A stretch of 64,000 nucleotides of DNA from the human T2T-CHM13v2.0 reference genome, Homo sapiens, in NCBI RefSeq assembly GCF_009914755.1, contig NC_060937.1; one strand, given 5' to 3'. The notes beneath the pieces were generated by a model. The model saw only the letters and a list, made by a program, of their open reading frames with translations, made no database searches and had not been told where the DNA came from. This document shows, piece after piece, positions 28,151 through 42,101 of the stretch. The translations under genes were made by a program, and so were the position numbers. Numbering within the stretch: the stretch's first letter is position 1; every line of letters starts with the position of its first letter.

Positions 28151-28741
28151 TGAAACTGTCCCTATTAACTTTATAAAATGAATCAGAGAAGAAGGGAGGG
28201 GAAAAATGAAAATGAAGCAAGATTGCAGCACATTTAGCACTAATGATTAGGTCAGCTTGCTCTCTGACCTGCTTCCTCATAGTTTTTACTGCTTATCATC
28301 CCAGAATCATGTAGATCCTGTCAAAATATTATAGTTCCCCTTAAGTTCTCTATAGATAACGACTTAATCATTGTGAAATCTTGTTTTCCTTCTGAAGTAT
28401 TCTTTCAGGTCCTGCATACCAGTAAAACTACTGATGCTAGCTGTTGCCTAGGACCCCATGAGGAGGTGACTCAACAAAGAAGGCAGTTTTCAGATCCTGA
28501 TGATTTCATCCCCCTAACCCTGACCAATCAACAACCACAATTTTCTGGACCTACACCTTTCACAATTCTTTTACAAAATGCCGCCCATAACTTCTTTGGG
28601 AGACAGACTTGTGGGTCCTTTCCATCCCCTTACTTGGCCGTCATATGATCAATAAATGTTTTCTCTGCTGCGAACACTGTTGTCTCAGTGCATTTGTCTG
28701 TTACTTCACAGCAGGTATATAAATTTGTTAATCCTCTAACA
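28151..28741 (+). mobile_element. LTR26 (ERV1) solo LTR with 4-bp TSD ATAT
   Basis: Starts tgaaactgtccctat, ends cctctaaca; ATAT at 28147-28150 and 28742-28745; AATAAA near 28651. Confidence 0.88.
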
Positions 28742-29145
28742 ATATCATTGTGCTGAATATAATTCAGTTTGATACTCAAGCAATTATTAAACAACATTTT
28801 AAAAGGCTTTCCTAAATATTTTAACAACTTACTTAAATTATCAAATGGCTAATAAAAAATAGTCTATACAATTTTATCAACCAAAGAAACATGTGAACTA
28901 AAATCCCTCATTTTTAAAAGATAATAATAAATTATAACTTACAAATGGAACCTATTTTATTTGTGGTTCACATATATAATATATATACATATATGTAATA
29001 TGTATGTGTATAAATGATTAAATTTACTTTCTTTACAGACAAATCATAATCTTCAAAACTCAGACACTTAAAAACATTTATTATTATATAATTATAATAT
29101 TGATGACTTTCAATTAGTTGTAACATAAAAATAAATTATCATAAA

Positions 29146-29485
29146 TAGGTAGAACAACTAATATTTTTAGAGCTATATGAATACTCTGTATAATAACATA
29201 ATGGTAGGTATATGCCATTATATTTACTACATTTGTCCAAACCCACAATGTACAACACTAAGAGCAACCCTAATGTAAACTATGGCTATAATATATAGAT
29301 GTTAATGAACCTAATGTAAAATATGGTTTAATAATTATAACAAATATACCACTTGTGCAGAATGTTGATAATGGGGAGGCTACACATGTGTGGGGGAAGA
29401 GAGTATATGGAAAATCTTTGTACCTTCTGCTCAATTGTTCAGTTTTGCTGTGAACCTAAACTGCTCTAAAAAATAAAGTTTATAA
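29146..29485 (+). mobile_element. L1MC1-like 3' end
   Basis: catttgtccaaacccac...ccctaatgtaaactatgg...gttgataatggggaggct...ttttgctgtgaacctaaactgctctaaaaaataaagt. Confidence 0.85.
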
Positions 29486-31459
29486 AGGAAAAGAAAAAAT
29501 TACTGTTACAGAATTATAATGTTGACAAGTTCCAATCAGCTTTAACATAATAAAAAATTAGCATGTTGGAGAGCAATATTCTGCTATCATTAAATCGTAA
29601 TTAAATTATAATTATAAATTATAATCGAAGTAATTAAATGAGGTCAATTTTAATTTTTCACTACTTTGTTTCTAGTTATTTCTCCTTGTAACTGAATTAT
29701 CTCAATTGCTTTTAATTTCCCATCAAGTGAAAAATAAAGAAATGAATTAAACACATTATTTGGTGTGATGAAGCATACTTTTCTTGAAGAAGTGGCAAAA
29801 CAAAAGTTTTGAGCTTGATTGAATACCATATTTTCCACTATAATCTTGATTTGCATTTAAAAAATAAACATTCGAATATGTTGTTAATAAGAATAATCAA
29901 GATTTTCCAAAAATATTGATAATCTTAAAAAATAAACACACCACCCTACATTCATATACGTATCCCTTTTCTTTGTGTGTGTGTTCATGGATTATTGTCA
30001 CAACTGACAGTTTGCTTTACATACAATTAAAAGCTAGAGAACATGATTTTAAGGAGTTAACATTAAGTGAAGAGGTAGCAAAATCTTTTCCATTGTACTC
30101 TGGGTGATTTCATTATAAGGTGCTATATGAAAATATAGAAAGTGGGGCACAGAATCCAGACTTCATTGAATATTTAATAAGTGGAGGAAACCTGGAGAAG
30201 TGAATGCCATCTTAAGTGGAAGAGATAAATTATCTACTTACAAGACACCACTCTCTAAAGGACTGGTAAGAGATACGTTCCAAGAGCTAAGAAAGCTAAA
30301 ATCATGAACTGTAAGTATAGTTATAAAAAAGTATAAAATGCTAAAGTCAACTTTAATAGTAAAAATAGTGTAATAGGTACAAGAGGCAAATACACTTGCA
30401 TTTTAGGGAGTTGAAAAATTGGAAGGGGTTTTACTGGAAAATAAATGGAAGTTAATGATATTAGACCATCTGAGGACACCTGCTTTTTCCAAACCATGTA
30501 CTCACTTCCACAGGATTGCTTAACTCCTCACTCCACACTTTTTATACTCACTATGATGTAAATTATGAGAAAAAACAGAAAGCATACATCAATATTATCT
30601 GTCTACTCTTGTTTAAACCTAATCATTCAGTCTAAACATGAAGTCCATTTGTACCTGGTTTATAATGGCCTAGTGCCGGGACATTCAATGATCCATTCTT
30701 AGTTGCAACACAGATGAGTCCTACGCTCATGCAGGTCTCATTCTAAAAAAACTTTATTTTTTATTTAATTTTCAGATTAGACTTCATCAGTTTGTTTCCC
30801 ATTCTTGCAGGGACCTTGGTGTATGTGAGTATAAACATTCATACAGTTAAAATAAACAATGATTGTGTACATAAAATATGTCAGGCCACATGGTAAATGA
30901 AAGGATGTAAATATTTCCTGTACACTAGCAGATTCTAGAACTGCTGCTGATCTCTAAATATCTCCCAAATGTACCAGCTCCTTTCAAATAAACTACCATA
31001 CAAAGGCTACTTTTGGGTATAATACTAACAACGACTTTTGAAATTCAGACTATGTTACTCTTTCAAAGACACACCTTCACAGACATATTATTTATGTCCA
31101 AACAGATAGCAAGGACAACATTTCTTCCTTATTAAACTGGAGGTTCCTGCCTGTTCTCAGTCTGCTTCTCCTCTATTAATGGTCCAAAGCTATCACAAGA
31201 AAGTATAAAAATTGTGGTGTAAACTATGTTCTGACTGATTATGCATGCCCCTTTTATTGTAATTATAAATGAAGTTAAAATATTTTAAATTTAGAATTGT
31301 GTTAACCAAAAAAGAAATCTAGCTAGATAGCAACAAATGGCTTAAGTTCAAATAAGGTGATAGAAGACACAAAGACTGAAAACCAAAATATATTGTACAC
31401 GTATTAGATAATGAATATTTATGTGTGAGGTCATAATACAGAAAGATAAGAAGGAAATA

Positions 31460-32680
31460 ATCCATTTATTTAGTAACTTGATTATTAATCACATACCATG
31501 TACAATGTATTCATTTAGGGCCTGCAATATATCAATAAAAAAACAAAAAACAAAAATAAAGATCCTTGCCCATGTGGGGCATACCAAGCAAGAGAAGAGA
31601 AACATCAAACATTAAACCTAGGTAATAAACAAATTACATTGTATGTAAGAAGGCAATGAGTTTTATAGAAAAAATAAAACAACAACAGTAGACCAGGTAT
31701 AGATGATCTGGAGTGTTAATTGTGTGTGTGTGATGGGGGTGGCATAGTTTGTTTTATTAAATTGTATGTTTGGGCTTTATTTAAAAAAAAGTTTTTAAAA
31801 AACTTATGAAGTAAGTAGAAGATGAGTATGGCTAGGAACAGTTTGATCCGAAACCTACAATGCAAGTATACTTGTTGTATTCAAGAAGGTTAATGCAACT
31901 AGAGCTGAAAGAACAAAAATGAAAGCAATAAATGACTCAGAACATCAGTGATAAATCATATGGGATTTTACAGACCATTGTAAATTCATAGAGAGGTATT
32001 GTAAGATGAAATTGGGAGATATTATAGGGTTTGGGCAGAGAAATAATATGATTTGACATATTTTAGAAAGCAATCTGTGACTGAGGATTGAAGCAGAGAG
32101 TAACATTTCAGACTCTTATAGGCAAGAGAGGTTAGAGGCAGTGAGATTTCTGAGAAAAGAACAAGTCAAGTTGTATAGCCTGAGCAAAGGAAGGAGAATA
32201 GGAGCCATCAACTAAGATAGGAAGCCTGCTTGAGAAAGATGTTGGGTGGAATTCATGGTTTTTGCAGAAAGACTTCGCCTTGGCTATTAGACATCCCTTG
32301 GAAGTATTAAGTAAGTACAAGAAGCTGAAGTTTAAAAGAGACATTTGAGTAGGAAATATAAACATAAGAGTCATGGTTATAGTTACATGTAGTCAGTATT
32401 ATAGCCTTAGGACTGTATAAAGTGACTGAAGGAGTTGGTACAGTTGAAGTGGAAAAGAAGACAAGGACTGAGAATTAGAGCATTTCAACTTTTTGAGGAT
32501 AGGGAGAAAATATGAATCATCAAAGGAGAAGATGAGAAAGCAGCAGGATAAGAAACAAACAAACAAACAAAAAACAAAAAAAGCCTCAAGAAAGAATAGT
32601 ACACAGGAAACCAATTTAAGAAAGCACATCATGGAGAATAAAATGCTTACTGTGTCAAGAACCCTTGGTAAGTCATGTAG
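31460..32680 (-). mobile_element. L2 LINE (L2a-like)
   Basis: Antisense tail atccatttatttagtaac; attagacatcccttggaagtattaagtaag; purine-rich body typical of antisense L2. Confidence 0.75.
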
Positions 32681-32787
32681 TCATTAAATACCTGTGTGCA
32701 TTACCTGCTGGTTAATAATCTAATATTGGGTAAATATGTAGTTTGTCTCCAATGTTTACTCAGAGAAATTGCTAAAAAAATTTCTAA

Positions 32788-33345
32788 ACATTCATTCATT
32801 AATGTATCAAATATGTACTGAGCACATTTGGTGTTCCCAGGTAAGTTCTAGACACAGGGAACAAAGCCCAAATAGTGAGCAATAAAATCTACATTCTTGC
32901 TTACAAAAACTTACATAAACAAAAAAACAAGAAGATAAACATGTCGGAGTTGACAGGTTTTAAAATAAAAATCAACTAAAGTGATGAAAGACCTGCTACG
33001 TACCTTAGTCATTCGTGAGTACTTCTCTGATAAGGTGTTATTTGTGCAGAGACTTGAACATGATGAAGAAATGACCCATGAGGATCTCTGCAAGATAATC
33101 GTCCAAGGAGAGAAAAAAGTAAACATAGAGCAGAGGGATAGGTGTAATGGGTTCAGTTACTACAATGTCAGAAAGAAAATCAGTGTGGCAGAAGCCATAT
33201 GGTTGAGGCAAAGTGATAGGAAAAACAGGAAGCTAGAGACCAGATAATGTATACCTTTTTTGACATGACAAAAACTAAGTAATTTGTTCTAAGGTGAGAT
33301 GGTAATATTTGTATAATTTTAAATAGTGATGTGACATTACATTAC
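32788..33345 (-). mobile_element. Second L2 3' end
   Basis: cattcattcattaatgtatcaaatatgtactgagcacatttggtgttcccagg; cttctctgataaggtgttatttgtgcagagacttgaa. Confidence 0.8.
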
Positions 33346-33639
33346 TTAATGCATAATTAATTAGAGTACTCAGTATAATTAATGAACAAGGGAAAAGGGG
33401 GATTGCAGCTATTGGTTAATGGGATGTTATTTGAGGCACAACACTAAAGTCAGAATGGTACAAGGTTTAAAACAGAGTAAATTTAATATACCTATATTAA
33501 CATTTCAAATCTCCCAACAACTGACTCTAATTTCAATGAGACTTTTAAGTTTCCCTCACATAAAAAGAGTTATCACATATTTTAAGTGAATTGAAATGGT
33601 AAAAATAAATTGCAATGTAAAGGGCACTGAAGGCTGTGT

Positions 33640-34270
33640 AATATTCCACTTCACTTATAAATCACGTTTTTTTCAAATTCTTTACTTTTAGAAATGTATT
33701 TTTTTATAATCACTATCAAAAGATAACCCTTTAATAAACAATCCTGTGCACAAATATTTGTTCTTTTACCTTATTTCAAAATATTACAATACAGTTTTTA
33801 GTACTGGTACAAAGGCTTCATTATTTATGAGAATTTTGAATGTATTTCAAAATTCTTCTACAGAGAGGTGTAAAGTATAATATACCCAATAGCATTAAAT
33901 ATGAAAGTCTGTATTTCCAAAGACATTTACAAGCATTGGCATGTTTTCTTCATGAGTATTCATGGAAGAAATTATCTCATAGTTTTGTTTTATATGCACT
34001 CACTAAGAATGAGATTGATAATTTATTATGTGGTAGTAAGCAATTTGTGTTTGTTATTTTATGTATTGCCTCTTCATGACATTTATATAATTTTATATTT
34101 CAGTGTTGTTTTTCTTTTATTTGAAAAAGTTATTTATACAGTGGTGGTATTAAAGTTTATAAAAGAAATTTTGCATTTTCTTTTGAAGCAATAATTTTTG
34201 GCATGTTTATTTACCTACTTTTAATGGAATGTATTTATTCAAGTTTATCAGCATGTCCTTTTATATTAAA
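33640..34270 (-). mobile_element. Ancient L1ME ORF2 3' fragment
   Basis: aaaattcttctacagagaggtgtaaagtataatatacccaatagca resembles the antisense end of L1 ORF2. Confidence 0.5.
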
Positions 34271-34284
34271 CACATTTTCTCTAT

Positions 34285-34472
34285 TATTGGAAACAAGGCA
34301 AGGATGTCCATCTTCAGCAATTTTAATAAATATTATTCTGAGCAATACAAATAACATTTAATTGAAAGTCCAATTAGAAACAAAGAATAGAAACAGTCTT
34401 GACTTGCAGATGGCATAATTGTAGAAAATTTTAAGAATCAACCAACAAACTAAAAATAAAATTTTAGCAAGA
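34285..34472 (+). mobile_element. Ancient L1M ORF2 (RT region), left part of the host element
   Basis: ggaaacaaggcaaggatgtcca (GTRQGCP-like) and ttgcagatggcataatt (FADDMI-like). Confidence 0.75.
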
Positions 34473-35139
34473 TCTGGGAGAATAATGTCAGCAAGATGAT
34501 GGAATAGCAGGTGTCAGCCCTTGTCCCCCCATAGAAACATAGATTTAATAACAATACACAGACCAAAATACCTTTATGAGTGGCCTAGATTCCAATAATG
34601 AAGTTGTAATACCTTAGACGTAAATAAAACTGTGACCAATCACATTGAAATTGGTAAAATCAGCAATTTCACTTTACTGGTATCAGCACCTCCCCAAAGC
34701 CTGTACAGCTCAGTACTGACAGATATTGTTCTCTCCAGCAATTTCTCACTTTCTGGAATGAGAGAATAGAGCATGTATGCAAGTTCCAGCCTTTCAGTGT
34801 GCTCTAGGAACCAGTTTCTGTCTTGGGTCACATGGCATATTGTTGCAACTGGCATAGTTCAAATTTCTGGGCAAAGCTGAAAACAAAAATAGAGGTGGCC
34901 ACCTACTATAACAGGCACAATTCTGTGAGATTGAGAAAAGGTGCACAACAGTGTGTTTTTTTTTCCCCCAGGATGAAGGGAGAGGTTGAATGTGCAGTCT
35001 ATGTTTTGGCTTTTCAGTGAACTGTCCTGGGCAAACTGGATGGACAGCTAAATGCAGCTAGAGTGGCTCTGTGATATGTAGAAGATACGCAACACCAACA
35101 CTGACTCCAGTGTGAAGAAGAGAAGTGCAACGTGCATAC

Positions 35140-37616
35140 TCATATGGTTTGGATCTGTGTCCCCACCAAATCTCATGTCCAATTTTAGTCCCCAGTGTTG
35201 GAGGTGGGTGGGAGGTGGTTGGATCTTGGGGGTGAATTTCTCATGAATAGTTCAGCACCATTCTGTTTATGCTATTCTTGTTAAAGTGATTAAGTTCTTA
35301 TGAAATATGACTGCTTGAAAGTCTGTATCACCCTCCTTCCTTCCATCTCTTGTTTCTAGTCTGGATCCTTTCATGTAAGATGACTGCTCCCCTTTTGCCT
35401 TGCAACATGATTGTAAGTTTTCTGAGGCATCCCCAGAAGCTAATCAGATGCCAGGATTATGTTTCCTGTACAGCCTGAGAAACTGTGAGCCTATTAAATC
35501 TCTTGCTCTCTCTCCCTGTTTTTTGTAAATAACCTAGTCTCAGGTATTTCTTTATAGCAGTGCAAGAATGGACTAACCCAGAAAATTGGTACCAAGGAGT
35601 GGAGTATTGCTATAGAGATACCTGAAAATATCAGATTGGCTTTGGAACTGGGTAACTGGCAGGGATTGAACATATTTGTGGGGCTCAGAAGAAGACAGGA
35701 AGATGAGGGTAAATTTGAAACTTCCTAGATACTTGTTGAATGGTTGTGACCCAAATGCTAATAGTGATGTGGATAGAGATGGCCAGGCTGATAAGGTCTC
35801 AAGTGGAGATGAGAAACTTATTAGGAACTGAAACAAAGGTCACTTTTGTTATGCCTTAGCAAAAAGCTTGGCTGCATTGTGCCCCTGTCCTAGAGATCTG
35901 TGGAACTTTAAACTTGAGAGTTATGTATTAAGGTATCTGGCAGAAATTTCTAAGCAGCAAAACATTCAAGATGCGGCACGGCTGCTTCTAACAACCTATG
36001 CTCATATGCATGAGCAAATAAATGATATAAAACTGAAATTCATATTTAAAGGGGAAGCAAAGTGTAACAGTTTGGACAATTTGCAGCCTGGTCATGTAGT
36101 AGAAAAGAAAAGCCCATTTTTAGGGGAGGAATTGAAGTAGGCTGCAGAAATTTGCATAAGTCAAAAGAAGCCAAGTGTTAATAGCCAAGATAATGGGGAA
36201 AAGGCCTCAAAGGCATTTCAGAGACATTTGTGCCAGATTCTCCCTTCACAGGCCCAGACACCTGGGAAGGAAAGAATAGTTTTGTGGGCCAGGCACAGGG
36301 TCCCCCAGCTTGTGCAGCCTCAGAGCACTGCTCCCTTCATCATGGTCACTTGAGTTCCAGCCATGGCTCATAGGGGCCCAGGTACAGCTTGGGCTGCTGC
36401 ATCAGAAGGCATAAGCCATAAGCTTTGGTGGCTTCCATGTGGTGTTAAGCCTACAGGTGCACAAAGTATAGGAGTTGAGGCTGGGGCATCTCCACCTAGA
36501 TTTCAGAAGATGTATGGAAAAGCCTGGATGTCCAGGTAGAAGCTGAATGTAGAGGCAGAGCCCTCATGGAGAACCTCTACTAGGGCAGTGCAGAGGGGAA
36601 ATGTAAGGTTGAAACCCTTACACAGATTCTACCCTGGGGAATTGCCTAGTGGAACTGTGAAAAGAGGGCCACTATCCTTTAGACCCAAGAATTGTAGATC
36701 CACTGGCAGCTTGCACCCTCAGCCAGAAAAACCACAGGCACTCAATGATAGCCTCTCAGAGCAGCGATGGGTGCTGAACCCTACAAAGTCACATGAGTGG
36801 AGCTGTCCAAAGCTTGGGGAGTCCACTCTTCACACCAATGTACACTGGATATGGGATATGGAGTCAAAGGAGATTATGTTGGAGCTTTAAAATTTAATGA
36901 CTTCCCTGCTGGTTTTTGGACTTGTGTGGAGGTTGTAGGCCCTTTCTTTAGGCTGATTTTTCCCCTTTGGAATGATAGTATTTACCCAATGCATATATCT
37001 TCATTGTATCTTGGGAGTAATAACTTGTTTTTGATTTTACAGGCTCATAGACTGAAGAGACTAGCCTTGTCTCACATGATATTTTGGACTTTGGACATTT
37101 GAGTTAATGGTGGCATACATTAAAACTTTGGGCATCTGTAGGGAAGGTATGATTTATTTTGCAATGTGAGAATAACATAAGATTTGAGGTATGGGGCAGA
37201 ATGACGTGGTTCGGATCTATGTCCCTACCAAATCTTATGTCAAATTGTAGTCACTAATGCTAGAGGTGGGAGCTGGTGGGAGGTGTTGGACCATGGGGCT
37301 AGATTTCTCATAAATAGTTTAGCACTATTCTCTTGGTTCTGTTCTCATGATACTGAGTGAGTTCTTAGATCTGGTTGTTTAAAAGTGCGTAGCACCTCCC
37401 CCACCTTTGCTCCTGGCTCCTGTCATGTAAGATGACTGCTTTCCTTTTGCCTTGCTCCATGATTGTAAGTTTCTGAGGCCTCCCTAGAAGCTGAGCTGAT
37501 GCCAACCTCATGCTTCCTGTATAACCTGTGAAACCGTAAGCCAATTAAATGACTTTTCTTTATAAATTACCCAGTCTGAGGTATTCTTCACAGCAATGTG
37601 AGAACGCACTAATACA
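35140..37616 (+). mobile_element. Complete MSTA MaLR provirus: LTR 35140-35580, MST-int 35581-37201, LTR 37202-37616
   Basis: Two direct LTRs (tggtttggatctgtgtccccaccaaatctcatg ... ctaataca); internal region starts gaaaattggtacc; purine tract ggggcagaa before the 3' LTR; ORF LCPCPRDLWNFKLE is typical of MaLR internal sequence. Confidence 0.93.
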
Positions 37617-38322
37617 ATATCTATAAAAAAGTTTTCAATGGCTCACAAATCTTTAGGTGTGTTGATAGGTAAAGATCTCTGTCAAAATCAGTCTGTAATA
37701 ATTGAGAGAGGTGGCTATGTTTTCGAATGCCCAAACAACACAAAGTTATAAGAAATAATGAATAATCACGAAATATAACACAACTAAATAAACAAAATTT
37801 ATATCCAGTAACTGGCCGTAAGCAAATGGAGATCTGTAAATTGCCTGTTAAAATAATTAAAATAATATTCTTGAAAAACCTCATTAAGTTAAAAGAGAAC
37901 ACAGAAACTAATATAAAGAAAATAATTCATGAACAAAATGGAAATACCAACAGAGAGAGAAAAATCATAAAGAAAATTCTGTAGCTGGAGAATGAAATAA
38001 CTTAACTGAAAAACTTAATAGAGTACATTAATAGGAGACTTGATCAGGCAGAAGGAGTCATAGGAACCTAAAGAGAAAGGAATAAAAAAATAGTAAAACA
38101 AAACAAAGCAAAACGCTAAGGCACTTATGAGACACTGTCAAGCCAATTTATATATTTACTATGAAATCTCAGAGAGTCAGAAAGACAGAAAAGAACAACA
38201 AACTTAAAGAGCTAATGGCTAAAACTTTCTGAATCTAGGGAGGGAAATAGATGTCCAGATTCATGTAGTCCAAAAAAATTCAAATATATTGAACATAAAG
38301 AGGTCTTTGCCAAGACACAATA

Positions 38323-38561
38323 CAGGATGAATATTCTTTACCCCAAACAGTTAGAACCAGAAGTGTTTCAGATCTGGATTTTCTTTTCAGATTTTGGAAT
38401 ATTTACATTATACTTACTGGTTGAGCTTTCCTAATATGGAATTTGAAATCTGAAATACTCAAATGAGCATTTTCTTTGAGCCTCAGGTTGGCACCCAAAA
38501 TGTTTTGGATTTTGAAGCATTTCAAATTTTGGATATTCAGATTAGGGATACTCAAACCATG
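38323..38561 (+). mobile_element. MER46A / Tigger4a MITE with TA TSD, inserted in L1 ORF1
   Basis: TIR-like ends caggatgaatattc ... gggatactcaaaccatg; TA at 38321-22 and 38562-63; accagaagtgtttcagat and gattttggaatattt match the consensus. Confidence 0.9.
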
Positions 38562-39491
38562 TAATTAAATTATCAAAAGTGAACTACAAAGAAAAATTTT
38601 TGAAAACAGCATCAAAAAGTGATTCATCACATGCAAAGAAATCTCCATAAGACTGTCAGTGGATTTTTCAGCTGAAACCCTGTAGGCCAGTAAAGAGTAG
38701 GGTAATATTTCCAAAGCCCTGGATGAACAACAACAACAAAAACACATAAAATCAAGAATGCTATACCTATTAAAACTGTCAGTCAGAAGTGAGGGAGAGA
38801 TAAAGAATTTTCTAGACAAACCAAAGCTGACAGATCATCACTAGACTTCCTCTACAAAAATTGTAAAGGGAGTTCTTCAAGTTGAAACTATAGGATGCAA
38901 GACAGCAACATGAAAGCATTTAAAAGTATAAAATTCAAAGTTAAATGTACAGACAAATGTCATCCTACTGTAATGGTGGCAGGTGAATCATTTTTAACTT
39001 TTAGCATTAGAGTTAAAAAAACGTGTTAAGAATAACTATAACCACCTTTTTAAAATGAATTTGCAATCAAAAGATGTTTTTTAAAGAAAGTTAAATAAAA
39101 TTGACAAACCCTTAGCAAGACTAGTTAAAAGAGAGAAGACTCTCTTAGAAATAATATAGAAAAAAATTACAACTGGTGCCACAGAAAAAGAATCATAAAA
39201 GACTACTATGAACAATATATAATAAATTGAATAACTAGAAAAATGGATACATTCTTAGAAATATACAACCTTCTAACATTGAATCATAAAGACAGAAAAT
39301 CTTAAAGGATCAATAATGAATTATGAGATTGAATAAATAATCAAAAATCTTCTGATAAGGAAAAAATCCATGACAATAATGCTCATTGGTAAAACATTTA
39401 AAGAATTACAATTAGTCTTCTTGAATTATTTTAACTTTTTTGAAGAGGAGAGAACACATCCAAACTCATTGTATGAGTTAAGCATTGCCCC

Positions 39492-40423
<932 letters not shown>

Positions 40424-40965
40424 CCTTTACACCAAGTCAGGAAAATCAGCATAAAGAAAATAAAATTAGAGGCAAGTATCCCTGGTGAATACAGATGCAC
40501 AAATGCTCAATATTTTTAATTTTTTTAATTTTTAATACCCTTTTAAATTCAGCAAACTTAATTTAAAAGGGTATTAAAATGATCATATACCATGGCCTAC
40601 TGTGATGTATCCCTTAGATGCAAAGACTGTTTAATATACACATGTCAATAATGTGATATACTACATTGATAGAAAGAAGGATTAAGATAATATGATAATC
40701 TCAATAGATGGAGAAAAATAATTTGACAAAATTTAATATTGTTTCATGAAAAATCCCTCAATGAATTAGATATCAAAAAAAACTCAAGATAATAAAGGCC
40801 ATGTACAAATGACCATAGCTAACACACTCAATGGTAGAAAAGTGAATGTTTTTACTCTGAGACCAGGAATCACAGAGGATGTCAACTCTTGCCATTTTTA
40901 TTCAACATAGTAGAGGAAGTCCTTGCCAGGACATTAGCATTAAAATTAAACGAAAAAAATTATTA

Positions 40966-41312
<347 letters not shown>

Positions 41313-41783
41313 CTATAGCTACAAATTAGGCAAGGAAAATAAGTAAAAAATTTCCAAAATTAAGATGAAATAAAATTAAATTAAAGGCATCAAAAAGGAG
41401 AAGAAACATTTTCTCCGTTTCTAGATAACATGATCTTTTACATAGAAAACAACCAAACAAGCAAAACTTTTAGAACAAATGAATTCATTCAGTAAAGTTG
41501 CTGGATACAAAATCAAAATACAAAAATTACTTCTTTTTATACACTAGCAACAAACTATCTGAAAAGGAAATTAAAGAAAGCAATTTCACTTAAAATAGTA
41601 TGGAAAAAATAAGATATTTAGAAATAACCAAGATGGTAAAAGATTTCTACATTGAAAAGTACAAAAAACTGATAAAATAAGTTACAGAAAACACAAATAA
41701 ATAGAAAGTTGTCCCGTGTTCATGTATTGGATGACTTAGTATTGTTAAAATGTCCATACTGCCGAAAGCAATCTATAGTTTCA

Positions 41784-42101
41784 GGCCAGGTGCAGTTGCT
41801 CACACCAGTAATTCCTTCAACTTAAGAGGCCAAGACAGGAGGATTGCTTTAGCTCAGGAGTTCCAGACCAGCCTGAGCAACATGGCAAAACCCCATCTCT
41901 TCAAAAAATACAAACATTAGCTTGGTGTGGTGGCACATTCTTGTAGTTCCAGCTAATTAGGAGGTTAAAGTGGGAGAATCCCCTGATTCTGGAGATCGAG
42001 GCTTCAGTGAGCTGTAATCATACCACTGCACTCTAGCCTGGGTGACAGAGTAAGAGCTTTTCTCAAAAAGAAACATAATAATAATAAATAAATAAATAAA
42101 T
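41784..42101 (+). mobile_element. AluJ with a degenerate 19-bp TSD
   Basis: J-type ggattgctttagctcaggag and gagatcgaggcttcagtgagctg; aaagcaatctatagtttca (41765-41783) versus aaaacaatctatgatttca (42102-42120). Confidence 0.93.

Noticed and set aside
29590-29640. AT-only palindromic run (ttaaattataattataaattataat)
   Set aside because: Low complexity; expected by chance at this AT content.
35573-37102. Cluster of 87-101-aa ORFs
   Set aside because: Fragments of the MST internal region in different frames, interrupted by stops.
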